DNA of 64,000 nt, taken from the NCBI GenBank assembly GCA_965262915.1, contig OZ253564.1:1440001-1504000 (forward strand), given 5' to 3'. Every line of letters begins with the position of its first letter. The stretch's first letter is position 1. The position numbers and the translations under genes were made by a program. The DNA is from Candidatus Spongiisociaceae bacterium. GTDB lineage: Bacteria; Actinomycetota; Acidimicrobiia; Spongiisociales; Spongiisociaceae. Below, piece by piece: positions 20,759 to 30,709 of this stretch. Below the pieces are notes generated by a model that was not told the origin of the DNA, searched no databases, and saw only the letters and a program-made list of their open reading frames with translations.

Positions 20759-23700
20759 TTGACGCGTCGAGCACTATCTCGTCTTGGGCGGCGAGGCACT
20801 GGAAGAGAGCCTTATGTGGATCAACCCCGACAATCATGCTCTTGGTCCTTGGTCTCAGAAAGATGGGACATCCCGGGAGAGCCAACCCAGCCAGCGACCT
20901 ACCATACGCTACGACCCCACAGCCACAGCGACGAGCCTCCACATACAAGTCGGTGGTTCAAATTGCACATAGTTTGGGCTGTTCGGGTGTCGGGTTGTCA
21001 GAGGAGGCTTTTGGTGGGACTGGGTCGGGTTTTGGTGGTTTTGGTGGTGGTGGGCTCGGTTTTGGCTCCGGGGTCTGGGGTGGGGTTTGGTGATGTTGCC
21101 GCAGCGCAGACGGCCGGTGAGCCGTGTGATGCGGGTTCGGCTGTTCAGTTCCCCGATGTTGGGGTGGGGGATTACGCCGCGGAATATGTTCTGTGTATGC
21201 GGGTGTTGGGCTTGTCGGTGGGTGGACGTGACGGTGGGTACGGTCCCGACGCGGAGTTGACCCGGGGGCAGATGGCATCGTTTTTGGTGCGTCTGTGGCG
21301 CGACGTGTTGGGTCGGGGCTGTCCTGATGATGTTGTGCTGCCGTTTGTGGATGTGGCGGGTACCACCCATGAGACCAACATTGGCTGTTTGTACGGGTTG
21401 GGGATCACCATGGGTACTACTGCCACCACTTATGGGCCCGACGACAGGTTGAAGGCGTCGCAGATTTCGCGGTTCTTGTTGCGGGTTTATGAGAAGACTG
21501 GTGGCCGCTGCGACGCTGTGGGTGGGGAACTGGAACGTGGGTTGGAGTGCCTCGTTGGTTTACGGGTGATCCCGTCGGAGGCTGAAGGTGGGGACGACGG
21601 GTCGGTGACCCGGGCGCAGATGGCGGTGTATGTGGTCGGGTTGTGGCACAACGTTTCGGGCCGTGGTGTAGCCCCACCACCACCTGCGAAAGGGACAAGC
21701 CCCGCAGTCGGCGGCACACAGCCTGAACCAACCGAGAACGAACCCCCACCCGCCGGTTCGTTCACCGCGGTGTCCGCCGGCGACTTTCATTCGTGTGCGC
21801 TTCGCGCCGACGGTTCGGTTGTGTGCTGGGGCAGCACCGAGGATGGGCAGGCGACGCCGACGCCACCGTCGGGTTCGTTCACTGCGGTGTCCGCCGGCGA
21901 CTTTCATTCGTGTGGGGTTCGTACCAGTGGTTCGGTTGTGTGCTGGGGTGACAACGAGTACGGGCGGGCGACGCCACCGTCGGGTTCGTTCACTGCGGTG
22001 TCCGCCAGCTACTTTCATTCGTGTGGGATTCGTACCGGTGGTTCGGTTGTGTGCTGGGGCGGCACCGGGTCTGGGCGGGCGACGCCGCCGTCGGGTTCGT
22101 TCACCGCGGTGTCCACCGGCGTCTTTCATTCGTGTGCGCTTCGTACCAGCGGTTCGGTTGTGTGCTGGGGCGACAACACATATGGGCAGGCGACGCCGAC
22201 GCCACCCGCCGGTTCGTTCACCGCGGTGTCCGCCGGCGACTTGCATTCGTGTGCGCTTCGTACCAGCGGTTCGGTTGTGTGCTGGGGCAGCAACGAGTAC
22301 GGGCAGGCGACGCCACCCACCGGTTCGTTCACCGCGGTGTCCGCCAGCACCTCGCATTCGTGTGGGATTCGTACCGACGGTTCGGTTGTGTGCTGGGGTG
22401 ACAACTGGGCTGGGCGGGCGACGCCACCGTCGGGTTCGTTCACTGCGGTGTCCGCCGGCGAATGGCATTCGTGTGGGGTTCGTACCAGCGGTTCGGTTGT
22501 GTGCTGGGGTGACAACACGGATGGGCAGGCGACGCCACCCACCGGTTCGTTCACTGCGGTGTCCGCCGGCGACTTGCATTCGTGTGCGCTTCGCGCCGAC
22601 GGTTCGGTTGTGTGCTGGGGCAGCAACGAGTACGGGCAGGCGACGCCGACGCCGCCGTCGGGTTCGTTCACTGCGGTGTCCGCCGGCGACTTGCATTCGT
22701 GTGCGCTTCGTACCAGCGGTTCGGTTGTGTGCTGGGGCGACAACACATATGGGCAGGCGACGCCACCCACCGGTTCGTTCACCGCGGTGTCCGCCAGCAC
22801 CTCGCATTCGTGTGGGATTCGTACCAGCGGTTCGGTTGTGTGCTGGGGTGACAACTGGGCTGGGCGGGCGACGCCACCGTCGGGTTCGTTCACTGCGGTG
22901 TCCGCCGGTTTCTGGCATTCGTGTGGGGTTCGTACCAGTGGTTCGGTTGTGTGCTGGGGTGACAACACGGATGGGCAGGCGGCGCCACCCACCGGTTCGT
23001 TCACCGCGGTGTCCGCCGGCACCTTGCATTCGTGTGGGGTTCGTACCAGCGGTTCGGTTGTGTGCTGGGGCCACAACGAGTACGGGCGGGCGGCGCCACC
23101 CACCGGTTCGTTCACCGCGGTGTCCGCCGGCACCTTGCATTCGTGTGGGGTTCGTACCAGCGGTTCGGTTGTGTGCTGGGGCAACAACGAGTACGGGCAG
23201 GCGACGCCACCGTCGGGTTCGTTCACCGCGGTGTCCGCCGGCGACTTGCATTCGTGTGGGGTTCGTACCGACGGTTCGGTTGTGTGCTGGGGCCACAACG
23301 AGTACGGGCAAGCGACGCCACCCACCGGTTCGTTCACCGCGGTGTCCGCCGGCCACTTGCATTCGTGTGCGCTTGGTACCGACCGTTCGGTTGTGTGCTG
23401 GGGCAGCAACGGGTCTGGGCAGGCGACGCCACCCGCCGGTTCGTTCACTGCGGTGTCCGCCGGCAGCTCGCATTCGTGTGGGGTTGGTACCGACCGTTCG
23501 GTTGTGTGCTGGGGCAGCAACGGGTCTGGGCAGGCGACGCCACCCGCCGGTTCGTTCACTGCGGTGTCCGCCGGCAGCTCGCATTCGTGTGGGGTTGGTA
23601 CCGACGGTTCGGTTGTCTGCTGGGGCCACAACGAGTACAGGCAGGCGACGCCACCTGCGGGTTCGTTCACCGCGGTGTCCGCCGGCGGCCAGCATTCGTG

Positions 23701-24109
23701 TGGGGTTCGTACCAGTGGTTCGGTTGTGTGCTGGGGCCACAACGGGTCTGGGCAGGCGACGCCACCTGCGGGTTCGTTCACCGCGGTGTCCGCCGGCGGC
23801 CAGCATTCGTGTGGGGTTCGTACCAGTGGTTCGGTTGTGTGCTGGGGTGACAACGGGTCTGGGCAGGCGACGCCACCGTCGGGTTCGTTCACCGCGGTGT
23901 CCGCCGGCCACTCGCATTCGTGTGCGCTTCGTACCAGCGGTTCGGTTGTGTGCTGGGGCCACAACGGGTCTGGGCAGGTAACGCCACCCGCGGGTTCGTT
24001 CACTGCGGTGTCCGCCGGCAGCTTGCATTCGTGTGCGCTTGGTACCGACGGTTCGGTTGTGTGCTGGGGTGACAACAGGGCTGGGCAGGCGACGCCACCC
24101 GCCGGTTAG
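20759..24109 (+). CDS. Surface protein: signal peptide, SLH-like domains and 21 RCC1/BLIP-II-like repeats (true start probably near 20985)
   Basis: FPDV...YGPDAELTRGQMASFL and FVDV...GITMGT...YGPD (SLH); repeats GSFTAVSAGxxHSC(G/A)xRTxGSVVCWGxNxxGQATPP. Confidence 0.88.
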   Translation: MTRRALSRLGRRGTGREPYVDQPRQSCSWSLVSERWDIPGEPTQPATYHTLRPHSHSDEPPHTSRWFKLHIVWAVRVSGCQRRLLVGLGRVLVVLVVVGSVLAPGSGVGFGDVAAAQTAGEPCDAGSAVQFPDVGVGDYAAEYVLCMRVLGLSVGGRDGGYGPDAELTRGQMASFLVRLWRDVLGRGCPDDVVLPFVDVAGTTHETNIGCLYGLGITMGTTATTYGPDDRLKASQISRFLLRVYEKTGGRCDAVGGELERGLECLVGLRVIPSEAEGGDDGSVTRAQMAVYVVGLWHNVSGRGVAPPPPAKGTSPAVGGTQPEPTENEPPPAGSFTAVSAGDFHSCALRADGSVVCWGSTEDGQATPTPPSGSFTAVSAGDFHSCGVRTSGSVVCWGDNEYGRATPPSGSFTAVSASYFHSCGIRTGGSVVCWGGTGSGRATPPSGSFTAVSTGVFHSCALRTSGSVVCWGDNTYGQATPTPPAGSFTAVSAGDLHSCALRTSGSVVCWGSNEYGQATPPTGSFTAVSASTSHSCGIRTDGSVVCWGDNWAGRATPPSGSFTAVSAGEWHSCGVRTSGSVVCWGDNTDGQATPPTGSFTAVSAGDLHSCALRADGSVVCWGSNEYGQATPTPPSGSFTAVSAGDLHSCALRTSGSVVCWGDNTYGQATPPTGSFTAVSASTSHSCGIRTSGSVVCWGDNWAGRATPPSGSFTAVSAGFWHSCGVRTSGSVVCWGDNTDGQAAPPTGSFTAVSAGTLHSCGVRTSGSVVCWGHNEYGRAAPPTGSFTAVSAGTLHSCGVRTSGSVVCWGNNEYGQATPPSGSFTAVSAGDLHSCGVRTDGSVVCWGHNEYGQATPPTGSFTAVSAGHLHSCALGTDRSVVCWGSNGSGQATPPAGSFTAVSAGSSHSCGVGTDRSVVCWGSNGSGQATPPAGSFTAVSAGSSHSCGVGTDGSVVCWGHNEYRQATPPAGSFTAVSAGGQHSCGVRTSGSVVCWGHNGSGQATPPAGSFTAVSAGGQHSCGVRTSGSVVCWGDNGSGQATPPSGSFTAVSAGHSHSCALRTSGSVVCWGHNGSGQVTPPAGSFTAVSAGSLHSCALGTDGSVVCWGDNRAGQATPPAG
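20770..20900 (-). pseudogene. IS110-family transposase 5' remnant
   Basis: MIVGVDPHK start (ATG at 20837), degenerating within a few codons. Confidence 0.5.
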
Positions 24110-24185
24110 TGCCACTGCGGTGTCCGCCGGCTTCTGGCATTCGTGTGCGCTTCGTACCAGCGGTTCGGTTGTCTGCTGGGGCCGT
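21755..24185 (+). repeat. 111/117-bp tandem array: 21 coding units + 1 out-of-frame unit after the stop
   Basis: Units counted directly from the translation. Confidence 0.95.
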
Positions 24186-24809
24186 AACCCCGGTGGAGTT
24201 GCCGGTATCCGCAGTGGTGATCCTGCGGTCACTGTAACCAAGGGCAACCCCGACCCGAGTAAGCCAAAGAACAAGAAGCCCAATACGCTGCCGGACACGC
24301 ACCACCTGCCGGAATCTCAAAACCGTACTCCGCGGCTCCGCCCCCCGGCAGCTACACAGTCGCATGCTCCCACGACGGCTGGAACAACACACCCGCAGCA
24401 ACCTGGTGGACGTTCACCGCCACCGTCGGTACCGAACGATCAGACACCATCGGCAGGCAGTGTTTCATCAACTTCGCTTCGCTCACCGGCAACGGTGCCT
24501 ATGTCACCGTAACCCGATCCGGAACCTCCGCCGTGACTTCCAACTATCTCAAATAGCCTCCGGGCCGTAGACGGCAGGCTTTCTCGTCGGTCGAAGCCCC
24601 CCCGTACGAGGCGCTGGCGGTGGGTGGGTATTGCAGGTATGGGGGCATTATCTGCCGTCGCAGTGCTACCGACACCGCCCTCACCTGGGGTTCTCCAACG
24701 GCTGGGGATGCACGAAGCGGTCGGATTATCTGCGGTCGGCCCTATGCGGGGTCGCTCGGGGTGTCTTTTGCCATGCCTGTGGGGTGCACCGTGGGATACT
24801 CCGGAGGGT

Positions 24810-25730
24810 ATGACCCTGGTCCACTTCCCCCAGGCGCCCGCCGCCCATCCCTCCGCACATGTTCCGCCGGTCGGGGCGGCGGTAGAGGCCTTTTTTGTTC
24901 ACCGGGATCTGGCCCCGAACAGCCGCCGCGTCTACCGGGCCGCGCTCGATCCGCTAGTTGCGGCTGTCGGCGCCGACCAGCCCCTAGCAGCGCTCACTCC
25001 CGCAGCCGTGGCCCAGGTGTTCACCGATCGGTGGGGTGGTGCTGCGCCGGCGACGTGGAACACTCGGCGCGCCGCGGTGCGGGCGTTCGTGTCCTGGTAC
25101 GAGGAAAGATGGCCGCTCGGCGCGGATCCGCTCGCTTCGGTCGGTCCCCGCCGCCAGCACACCGACCACACCCGTGCGGTCCCTTACCGGGATCTTGACG
25201 AGTTGTGGCGCCGGCGGTCGGTGCCGCTTCGGGAGAAGACCTTGTGGAGGATGTTGTATGAGACCGCGGCTCGGGCGTCGGAGGTGTTGGCTCTCGACGT
25301 GGGGGACCTGGACCGGCCGCAGCGCCGGGCGCGGGTCGTTTCCAAAGGCGGCAACACTGACATGGTCTATTGGGCGTCGCCCACGGCACGGTTGGTCGCC
25401 CGTTACCTCGCGGGCCGGGGCGGCGGGCCGCTGTTCCTCACCACCGACCGCTCCCGCAACCCCACCCCCCGGCGTGACGTCTATGCCCCGACCGGCCAAG
25501 CCCGGCTCGCCTACCGCACCGCCGCCGCCCTGTTCGGCCGTCACTCCGGAGGGTGGACTCTGCACCAGCTGCGCCACTCGTCGCTGACACATTTGGCGGA
25601 GGGTGGCGCGTCGGCGGTGATGCTCCAAGCCAAGAGCCGCCACCGGGACCTGCGCACTCTCGGGGTTTACACCCGGCCCGGCCCCGAAGCCGTCGCCCGG
25701 CTCACCGACAACCAGTTCGACAGGGCCTGA
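24810..25730 (+). CDS. Tyrosine recombinase type B (probable resolvase of a Tn3-family element)
   Basis: RBS ggaggg; YETAARASE, VSKGG, HQLRHS, SRH, VYT; pieces of the same gene occur inside Tn3-IR-bounded elements. Confidence 0.88.
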   Translation: MTLVHFPQAPAAHPSAHVPPVGAAVEAFFVHRDLAPNSRRVYRAALDPLVAAVGADQPLAALTPAAVAQVFTDRWGGAAPATWNTRRAAVRAFVSWYEERWPLGADPLASVGPRRQHTDHTRAVPYRDLDELWRRRSVPLREKTLWRMLYETAARASEVLALDVGDLDRPQRRARVVSKGGNTDMVYWASPTARLVARYLAGRGGGPLFLTTDRSRNPTPRRDVYAPTGQARLAYRTAAALFGRHSGGWTLHQLRHSSLTHLAEGGASAVMLQAKSRHRDLRTLGVYTRPGPEAVARLTDNQFDRA

Positions 25731-26186
25731 CAGCAGCCGCAGCTCCGGGTTGGTAGAGCGGCGGACACGCTGGGGTGTAGCCCCCCGACTGGTGCTACCT
25801 TCTCCGGCCCTCGACGGGCGGCAGCGTGGGGCGGGGTCTGGGACGGACGACACTTAGCGGTCGACGATCTCGGGTGTGGAGTTTCCTAGCCCCAGCGTTG
25901 GGCATCTCTAGCCTCCGGGTTCTTAACCCGTCCCCGATCGGGATCCCTCAACCCACACCGAAACCCACAACATCCCATACCTGCCTGGTTATTGCAGGTA
26001 TGGGACGGATATGTGCGATACCGCATGTTCGGGCGGGCGGTCACGGTCGCTGGGACAGGGCTGGGTGTCGGGCGGTTGGGTTTCTGGTATCCTTAGCATC
26101 CCAACCCCATGGGAGCCCCCGGACCTCTGCAAGGTCGGGGGTTCTCCCATTTCTTGGGGTTGTAGAAGCTGGGCATTTACCGTGCC

Positions 26187-26474
26187 GTGTTGTTCGTTTC
26201 CCCCCACCTGTGGGTCCGGGTCCGGTGTGTCATCTGCCGTCTGTGGCGGGGGCGGTGGAGGCGTTCTTCGCTGGCCGTGACCTGGCTTCGGGGACTTGTC
26301 GCACTTACCGTCAGGCTCTCGGCCCCCTCGTCGAGGCGGTGGGTAGTGATCGTGCGGTCACTAGCTTGGACGCCGATCAGGTGGCTGCTGTGTTCGAGGA
26401 ACTATGGGCCGATCGTGCGGCGGCGACGTGGAACACCCGGCGGGTGGCGGTGCAGGCGTTCGCTTCGTGGTGTG
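26187..26474 (+). pseudogene. N-terminal fragment of a second type B recombinase, cut by a Tn3 IR
   Basis: AVEAFFAGRDLA...ATWNTRRVAVQAF parallels the 24810 gene; shared upstream motif attgcaggtatggg (24630, 25992). Confidence 0.82.
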
Positions 26475-26860
26475 GGGGTTACCGTAGAAAATGGACAAAA
26501 CACAACGGTTCGGGTGCGTATCTGTGCATGGACTCGGCCATAGGTGTGGTCTCAGCGACCGGAACTCCCTGTGTCGGGTCATGAACATCGCCTAGGCGCT
26601 GAACTTCTGCACGTCGTTCCCTGCCGCCGACTCGCCCGCCTATCACCGCCATCCACCAACACATCAACTTCTACGGCAAATACGACTTCACCACCCCAAG
26701 GACAACTCCGACCCCTCAGAACCCCTAACACTCCCCCACCTTCCCGCTAATCACCCCACCAACACCAGACAGCAATCACAACCCCGCCCCCAAACCACCA
26801 CCCGCCGCATCAGTCGCCCAACGAAACCGTTGTCCTTTGTCCATTTTCTACGGTAACCCC
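26475..26860. mobile_element. Tn3-derived miniature element (386 bp)
   Basis: IRs ggggttaccgtagaaaatggacaaa at both ends; internal HQHINFYGKYDF (TnpA C-terminus). Confidence 0.85.
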
Positions 26861-27168
26861 CACAGCGGCGAGTGCGGGCCGGTCGCCCAACGCCTCCACA
26901 CCGCCCGCCGAGCCGACGACCTCGACTACCGCCGCCGAGTCATCGACGCCAAACGGCTGCAGCCGTCGGCCACACCCCGGCTACTCCCGGCCATGCCCGG
27001 CCCCGACCGGGCGGAACCCGACCCCCGCATCGTCATGCTCCGGCGGATGATCGGCGGGATCGAAGACGGCACCATGGGCCGAGACACCGTGCTCGACCTG
27101 GTCGAGGCAACCGGCCTCGAAGCCACGCTCCGGTCGGTAGGCACCGCCCCGCCTCGCCGTCCCCCGAT

Positions 27169-27771
27169 TTAGTTCAGGGCATCGAGGAGGGCGTATATCT
27201 CGGTCAGGTTCGGCTCGAAACCTATCGCTTCGAGGAATCTGTCGAAAGCGGACGGGCTGGAGGGGACCAAGGACAGGTAATGGTTGACGGCGGTCAAGTC
27301 GATCGGGCCCAGCTGGTCACGGAGTCGCTGGCGCATATCGAGGCTCAGCACGAAAGTGGCGAAGTCGAGGTCGTCGAGCGTTCCCTTTGTGAACTCCCTC
27401 ATGAGGTCCGCAGAGGCTTCGTCCCCGCTGTTAGTAGCGAGCGAAACGGCGAGGAACGCGGCTTGGTCGGCGTTGTCGAATGCCCGGTCCATAGCTTCGT
27501 AGCTGGTGGCGAGGTCGAGGAGAGCTGCCGCATCGGCGTTGTTAAGAGCACGGCGGAGGTTGGCCGTAGCTGTTTGGACGGGTGACGCCGTGGTGGTTGT
27601 CCTGATGGGTGCAGTGGTGGTGCTGGCCTGGGTGGTGGTGGTGCTGGCGTCGAGCTCTGCGCTTTGTCTACCCCACCCGAACCCGAGGAGGAGCGCGACC
27701 ACGGCGGTTATGACCGCGATCAGGGTCGGGGTCGCAACCTTACGTTCAGACGAGTTGTCGGAGGTAGACAT
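27169..27771 (-). CDS. Membrane-anchored hypothetical protein with Thr-rich linker
   Basis: N-terminal TM helix, TTTTQASTTT linker. Confidence 0.7.
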   Translation of the reverse strand: MSTSDNSSERKVATPTLIAVITAVVALLLGFGWGRQSAELDASTTTTQASTTTAPIRTTTTASPVQTATANLRRALNNADAAALLDLATSYEAMDRAFDNADQAAFLAVSLATNSGDEASADLMREFTKGTLDDLDFATFVLSLDMRQRLRDQLGPIDLTAVNHYLSLVPSSPSAFDRFLEAIGFEPNLTEIYALLDALN

Positions 27772-28039
27772 TGGTCAACTTTAGGTCGTTCTTCTCTCCC
27801 GGTTCGTTCCTCACCTCGCTGCGCTCGGTTCCCTGGCGGCAGCCGTCCGGAGTGGCTAGCGGATCGTGGTGGAGACCTCCGCAAGGGGCGCTCTACCCGC
27901 CGCGTGGCCGACCGTCCGACAGTCCCCCCTTTGGGGGGTACCTGACCCGCTGCGCCAAGTGCCGCTGCTGCCAGCAGCGGACAGCCAAGTAACCGGGCGC
28001 TCTCTTGCAAGGGACGTCTTACACTTCAAGAGGCTTCAG

Positions 28040-28411
28040 ATGGGAGGCACTGGATTGGTCCGTCGAAAGCGAACGGTCTCTCGTCTGGTCCGCCGTCTGT
28101 TCCGGCTGCGGCGTCGCGGCGGCATCCCTGGGCACAGTGCCCGACCACCGGCAGAGGAACCCAGTTCCCCAGTCCCCAACTATCAACTGAAGAAGCTGGA
28201 GAAGCTAGGGCACCGGATGGGGCCCTTCGAACAACAGCGCACCGCCAACGCTCCTGAGCAGGATAGAAACTATCTGTCCAAGTGTCAGGACTGTGAGTCG
28301 CCAGCCATTTACACGGTTTGGGCACCCACGAACTGGACCGTGGGAGATGCGTTAAACGAGGGCATCAAGGGTCGTGCTTCCGAGTCGCCCTGCTCGGATA
28401 CCACCAGGTAA
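28040..28411 (+). CDS. Hypothetical protein with CxxC
   Basis: LGHRMGPF...CQDC...C; start uncertain. Confidence 0.4.
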   Translation: MGGTGLVRRKRTVSRLVRRLFRLRRRGGIPGHSARPPAEEPSSPVPNYQLKKLEKLGHRMGPFEQQRTANAPEQDRNYLSKCQDCESPAIYTVWAPTNWTVGDALNEGIKGRASESPCSDTTR

Positions 28412-28516
28412 CAGGCCGGGACTCCGGTATCGCTGCTTCATCCTGACGCCGGTCACGGGACGGACCCGGCCTCGAGCTCTGAACCTCCAGCGGAGGGGTC
28501 CTCCGCTGCCCACAGC

Positions 28517-29002
28517 GGGGTTAGCGGAATATTTGGACGAGATGGTGCGGTTTCAGGGGTTCTTAGGGGTCGTAGTTGGCCTGGGGGTGGTGGGGTTGGG
28601 TTGGTGAAGTCGTATTTGCCGTAGAGGTTGATGTGTTCGTGGATGGCAGGAGAGAGAGTGTGCAAGGTGGTGCCTGGCGATCTTGGTTCCTGTTTCGGTG
28701 AGGTGTTGGATGGCGGCTTCGGTGTAGATGGTGTTCCAGGTGATGATGGCGTCTGAGCATGGTGTCCCAGTGGTCTTTGAACCTCTGGGGGTTGATGAGG
28801 AGTCTCAGCAATCCTTCTCCAAGCCAAACTCCGATACCACGACCCTCGCACCCTCGCCAGATACGCCAAACCAGGCATCGAAGCCGGGGCCGCCCTCACC
28901 GCCTAACACGACCCGGGTAAGTGATATCCCCACTAGCCAGACCCGGACTCCATACGAGGATCCTGAAATCGCACCATCTCGTCCAAATATTCCGTTAACC
29001 CC
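28517..29002. mobile_element. Tn3-derived miniature element (486 bp), second IR family
   Basis: IRs ggggtta(g/a)cggaatatttggacgagatggtgc; contains HEHINLYGKYDF (TnpA, minus strand) and LARYAKPGIEA (type B recombinase tail, plus strand). Confidence 0.85.
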
Positions 29003-29054
29003 ATGCGGCATGGTCGAGTACTCAGGACGGAACCAAAAGGTTCACCGTCGCATG

Positions 29055-29444
29055 CTACGGCCCCGACCGCCGGGTCTTCCGGAAGTGGCTGATCGTCAAC
29101 CGTCGTGCCGATTTCACAAAGTTGCGACAGACCGGGCAAGTAGGGCGGAGACTGCCGTCCTTCGTCGTCGAGACCTGCCAGACGTGCAGACCGGCAAACT
29201 CCGCCACCGGCTTCCGCCGCCATTCAAACAACGAGGAATCGGCTGCGGCTCTGACATGAATCCCGACAGGTAGTGCACCAGCGAACGCAGGGTCCAGGAC
29301 GGCGTCTCTGGCGAAGCGAGACATCTTCAGTTGCGACTCGCGTTCTGGCAAAGGATCCGAGCCGGGAGGATGCTGGTTCGTGGAAGAGACCGACTCGGAC
29401 ATCCTCGTCGCCGCCCCATCCGCTTGTGAGAAGACCCCGCTCAT
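29055..29444 (-). CDS. Hypothetical protein, coupled to the acyl-CoA dehydrogenase
   Basis: ATGA overlap; CPVC; 3' end possibly damaged near the Tn3 end. Confidence 0.5.
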   Translation of the reverse strand: MSGVFSQADGAATRMSESVSSTNQHPPGSDPLPERESQLKMSRFARDAVLDPAFAGALPVGIHVRAAADSSLFEWRRKPVAEFAGLHVWQVSTTKDGSLRPTCPVCRNFVKSARRLTISHFRKTRRSGP

Positions 29445-30706
29445 CCCCTGAACCTCAATCCCAGAGTCTCCGCGATTGTGGTTCGCTGCACCTCAGCCGA
29501 GCCACCCGGAATCCGCAGATTTCGGGCGATTTGGAACAGCTTGTTGATGTCCGAGTTCTTCATGACGCCGCCGCCACCGTGGATCTGCACCGCTCTGTCG
29601 GCGACGCGATAGAATGCCTCGTCGTTCACGAGCTTCATCGTGCACACGTCCCGGATCTCCCCCTTAGGGCGCGGCATCTTCCACCATGGCCCGGGATTGT
29701 CCATCACCGACGTCACAGCGAGCGAGACGGACCGCGCCTGATGCCAGTCTGCGTACATGTCGGCGATCATCCACTGGATCCCCTGGTTCGCGCCGAGCGG
29801 CCGACCTCCGATGATGCGTTCCCGAGCCCTCGCAAGCGCCTTGTCGATGAGGTATCCGCCCCAGCCGGCACACATCCCGCCGCGGCGCATCCGGGTCCAG
29901 TTGATGGACGACATGGCGATGTCGAAGCCCTGGCCGCGTTCGCCGAGTATCGCTGACTCAGGGAGGGCCAGATCCTCGAAGATCAACTCGCCGGTGAAGC
30001 CATCGTCGAACATCGTCTGATAGAGGTCGCCCCGAGTGAACCCCTTACCCTCGTAGTCGGCTCCACGGAATTGGAAGTATGAGAAAGAGTGCCGGCCGCG
30101 CCCTGGGTCGGTCACGGCGAACACCTGGATGATGTCGGCGTGCTTCCAATTTGTAATGAACGCCTTGTGACCGTTGAGAACCCAGTCGGGGCCGCGCTTC
30201 ACCGCGTTCGTCTTGAAGTCGAACATGTTCGAGCCGGCACCAGGTTCGGTAACTGCGTGGCAACTGGTCATCTCCCCTCTGACCAGTGGATCGATGAACT
30301 CCTCGCGATCGTCGTCGGAGGCCCAGATGAGCCGCGGAGTGGCTCCCTCCGACCAGGACAAGAGCGCCGGGTTGAGGCCAACGCCATAGCCATACACCTT
30401 CTCCTCGATGTACACCATGTCGTTGCGCGTCCAGCCCTGGCCACCGATGCGCTCCGGAAGGTACCCCGCATATAGACCGCGGCGTGCCGACGCTTTCATG
30501 ATCTCGCGACGGGCCTCCCAGATCTCGGGGTGGAGCGTGCCGTCCTCGGAGAGGTACCTATCCCGGTCCGCGAGCCGATGCCGCAGAGCATCTTCTCGCG
30601 GCTTTACCTCCTCGTCATACAGCGCCTCGATCTGCAACAGCACGTCATCTAGGTTCTCGGGAGCCCGGGTGATGGGACGCTCTGGGCCTTTCACGTGATC
30701 CTCCAT
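29441..30706 (-). CDS. Acyl-CoA dehydrogenase
   Basis: AVTEPGAGS, WVLNGHKAFITN, AVQIHGGGG, RIPGGSAEVQR. Confidence 0.95.
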   Translation of the reverse strand: MEDHVKGPERPITRAPENLDDVLLQIEALYDEEVKPREDALRHRLADRDRYLSEDGTLHPEIWEARREIMKASARRGLYAGYLPERIGGQGWTRNDMVYIEEKVYGYGVGLNPALLSWSEGATPRLIWASDDDREEFIDPLVRGEMTSCHAVTEPGAGSNMFDFKTNAVKRGPDWVLNGHKAFITNWKHADIIQVFAVTDPGRGRHSFSYFQFRGADYEGKGFTRGDLYQTMFDDGFTGELIFEDLALPESAILGERGQGFDIAMSSINWTRMRRGGMCAGWGGYLIDKALARARERIIGGRPLGANQGIQWMIADMYADWHQARSVSLAVTSVMDNPGPWWKMPRPKGEIRDVCTMKLVNDEAFYRVADRAVQIHGGGGVMKNSDINKLFQIARNLRIPGGSAEVQRTTIAETLGLRFRG

Positions 30707-30709
30707 TGG

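Noticed and set aside
21755-24185. CRISPR array or DGR target
   Set aside because: Units are coding and in frame with no unique spacers. There is no RT gene or template repeat in the window, and the variation looks like block shuffling rather than adenine-specific mutagenesis.
21560-24298. Long alternative-frame ORFs (912, 728, 649 aa) over the RCC1 array
   Set aside because: Shadows of a stop-free 111-bp tandem repeat; Arg/Pro-rich and without motifs.
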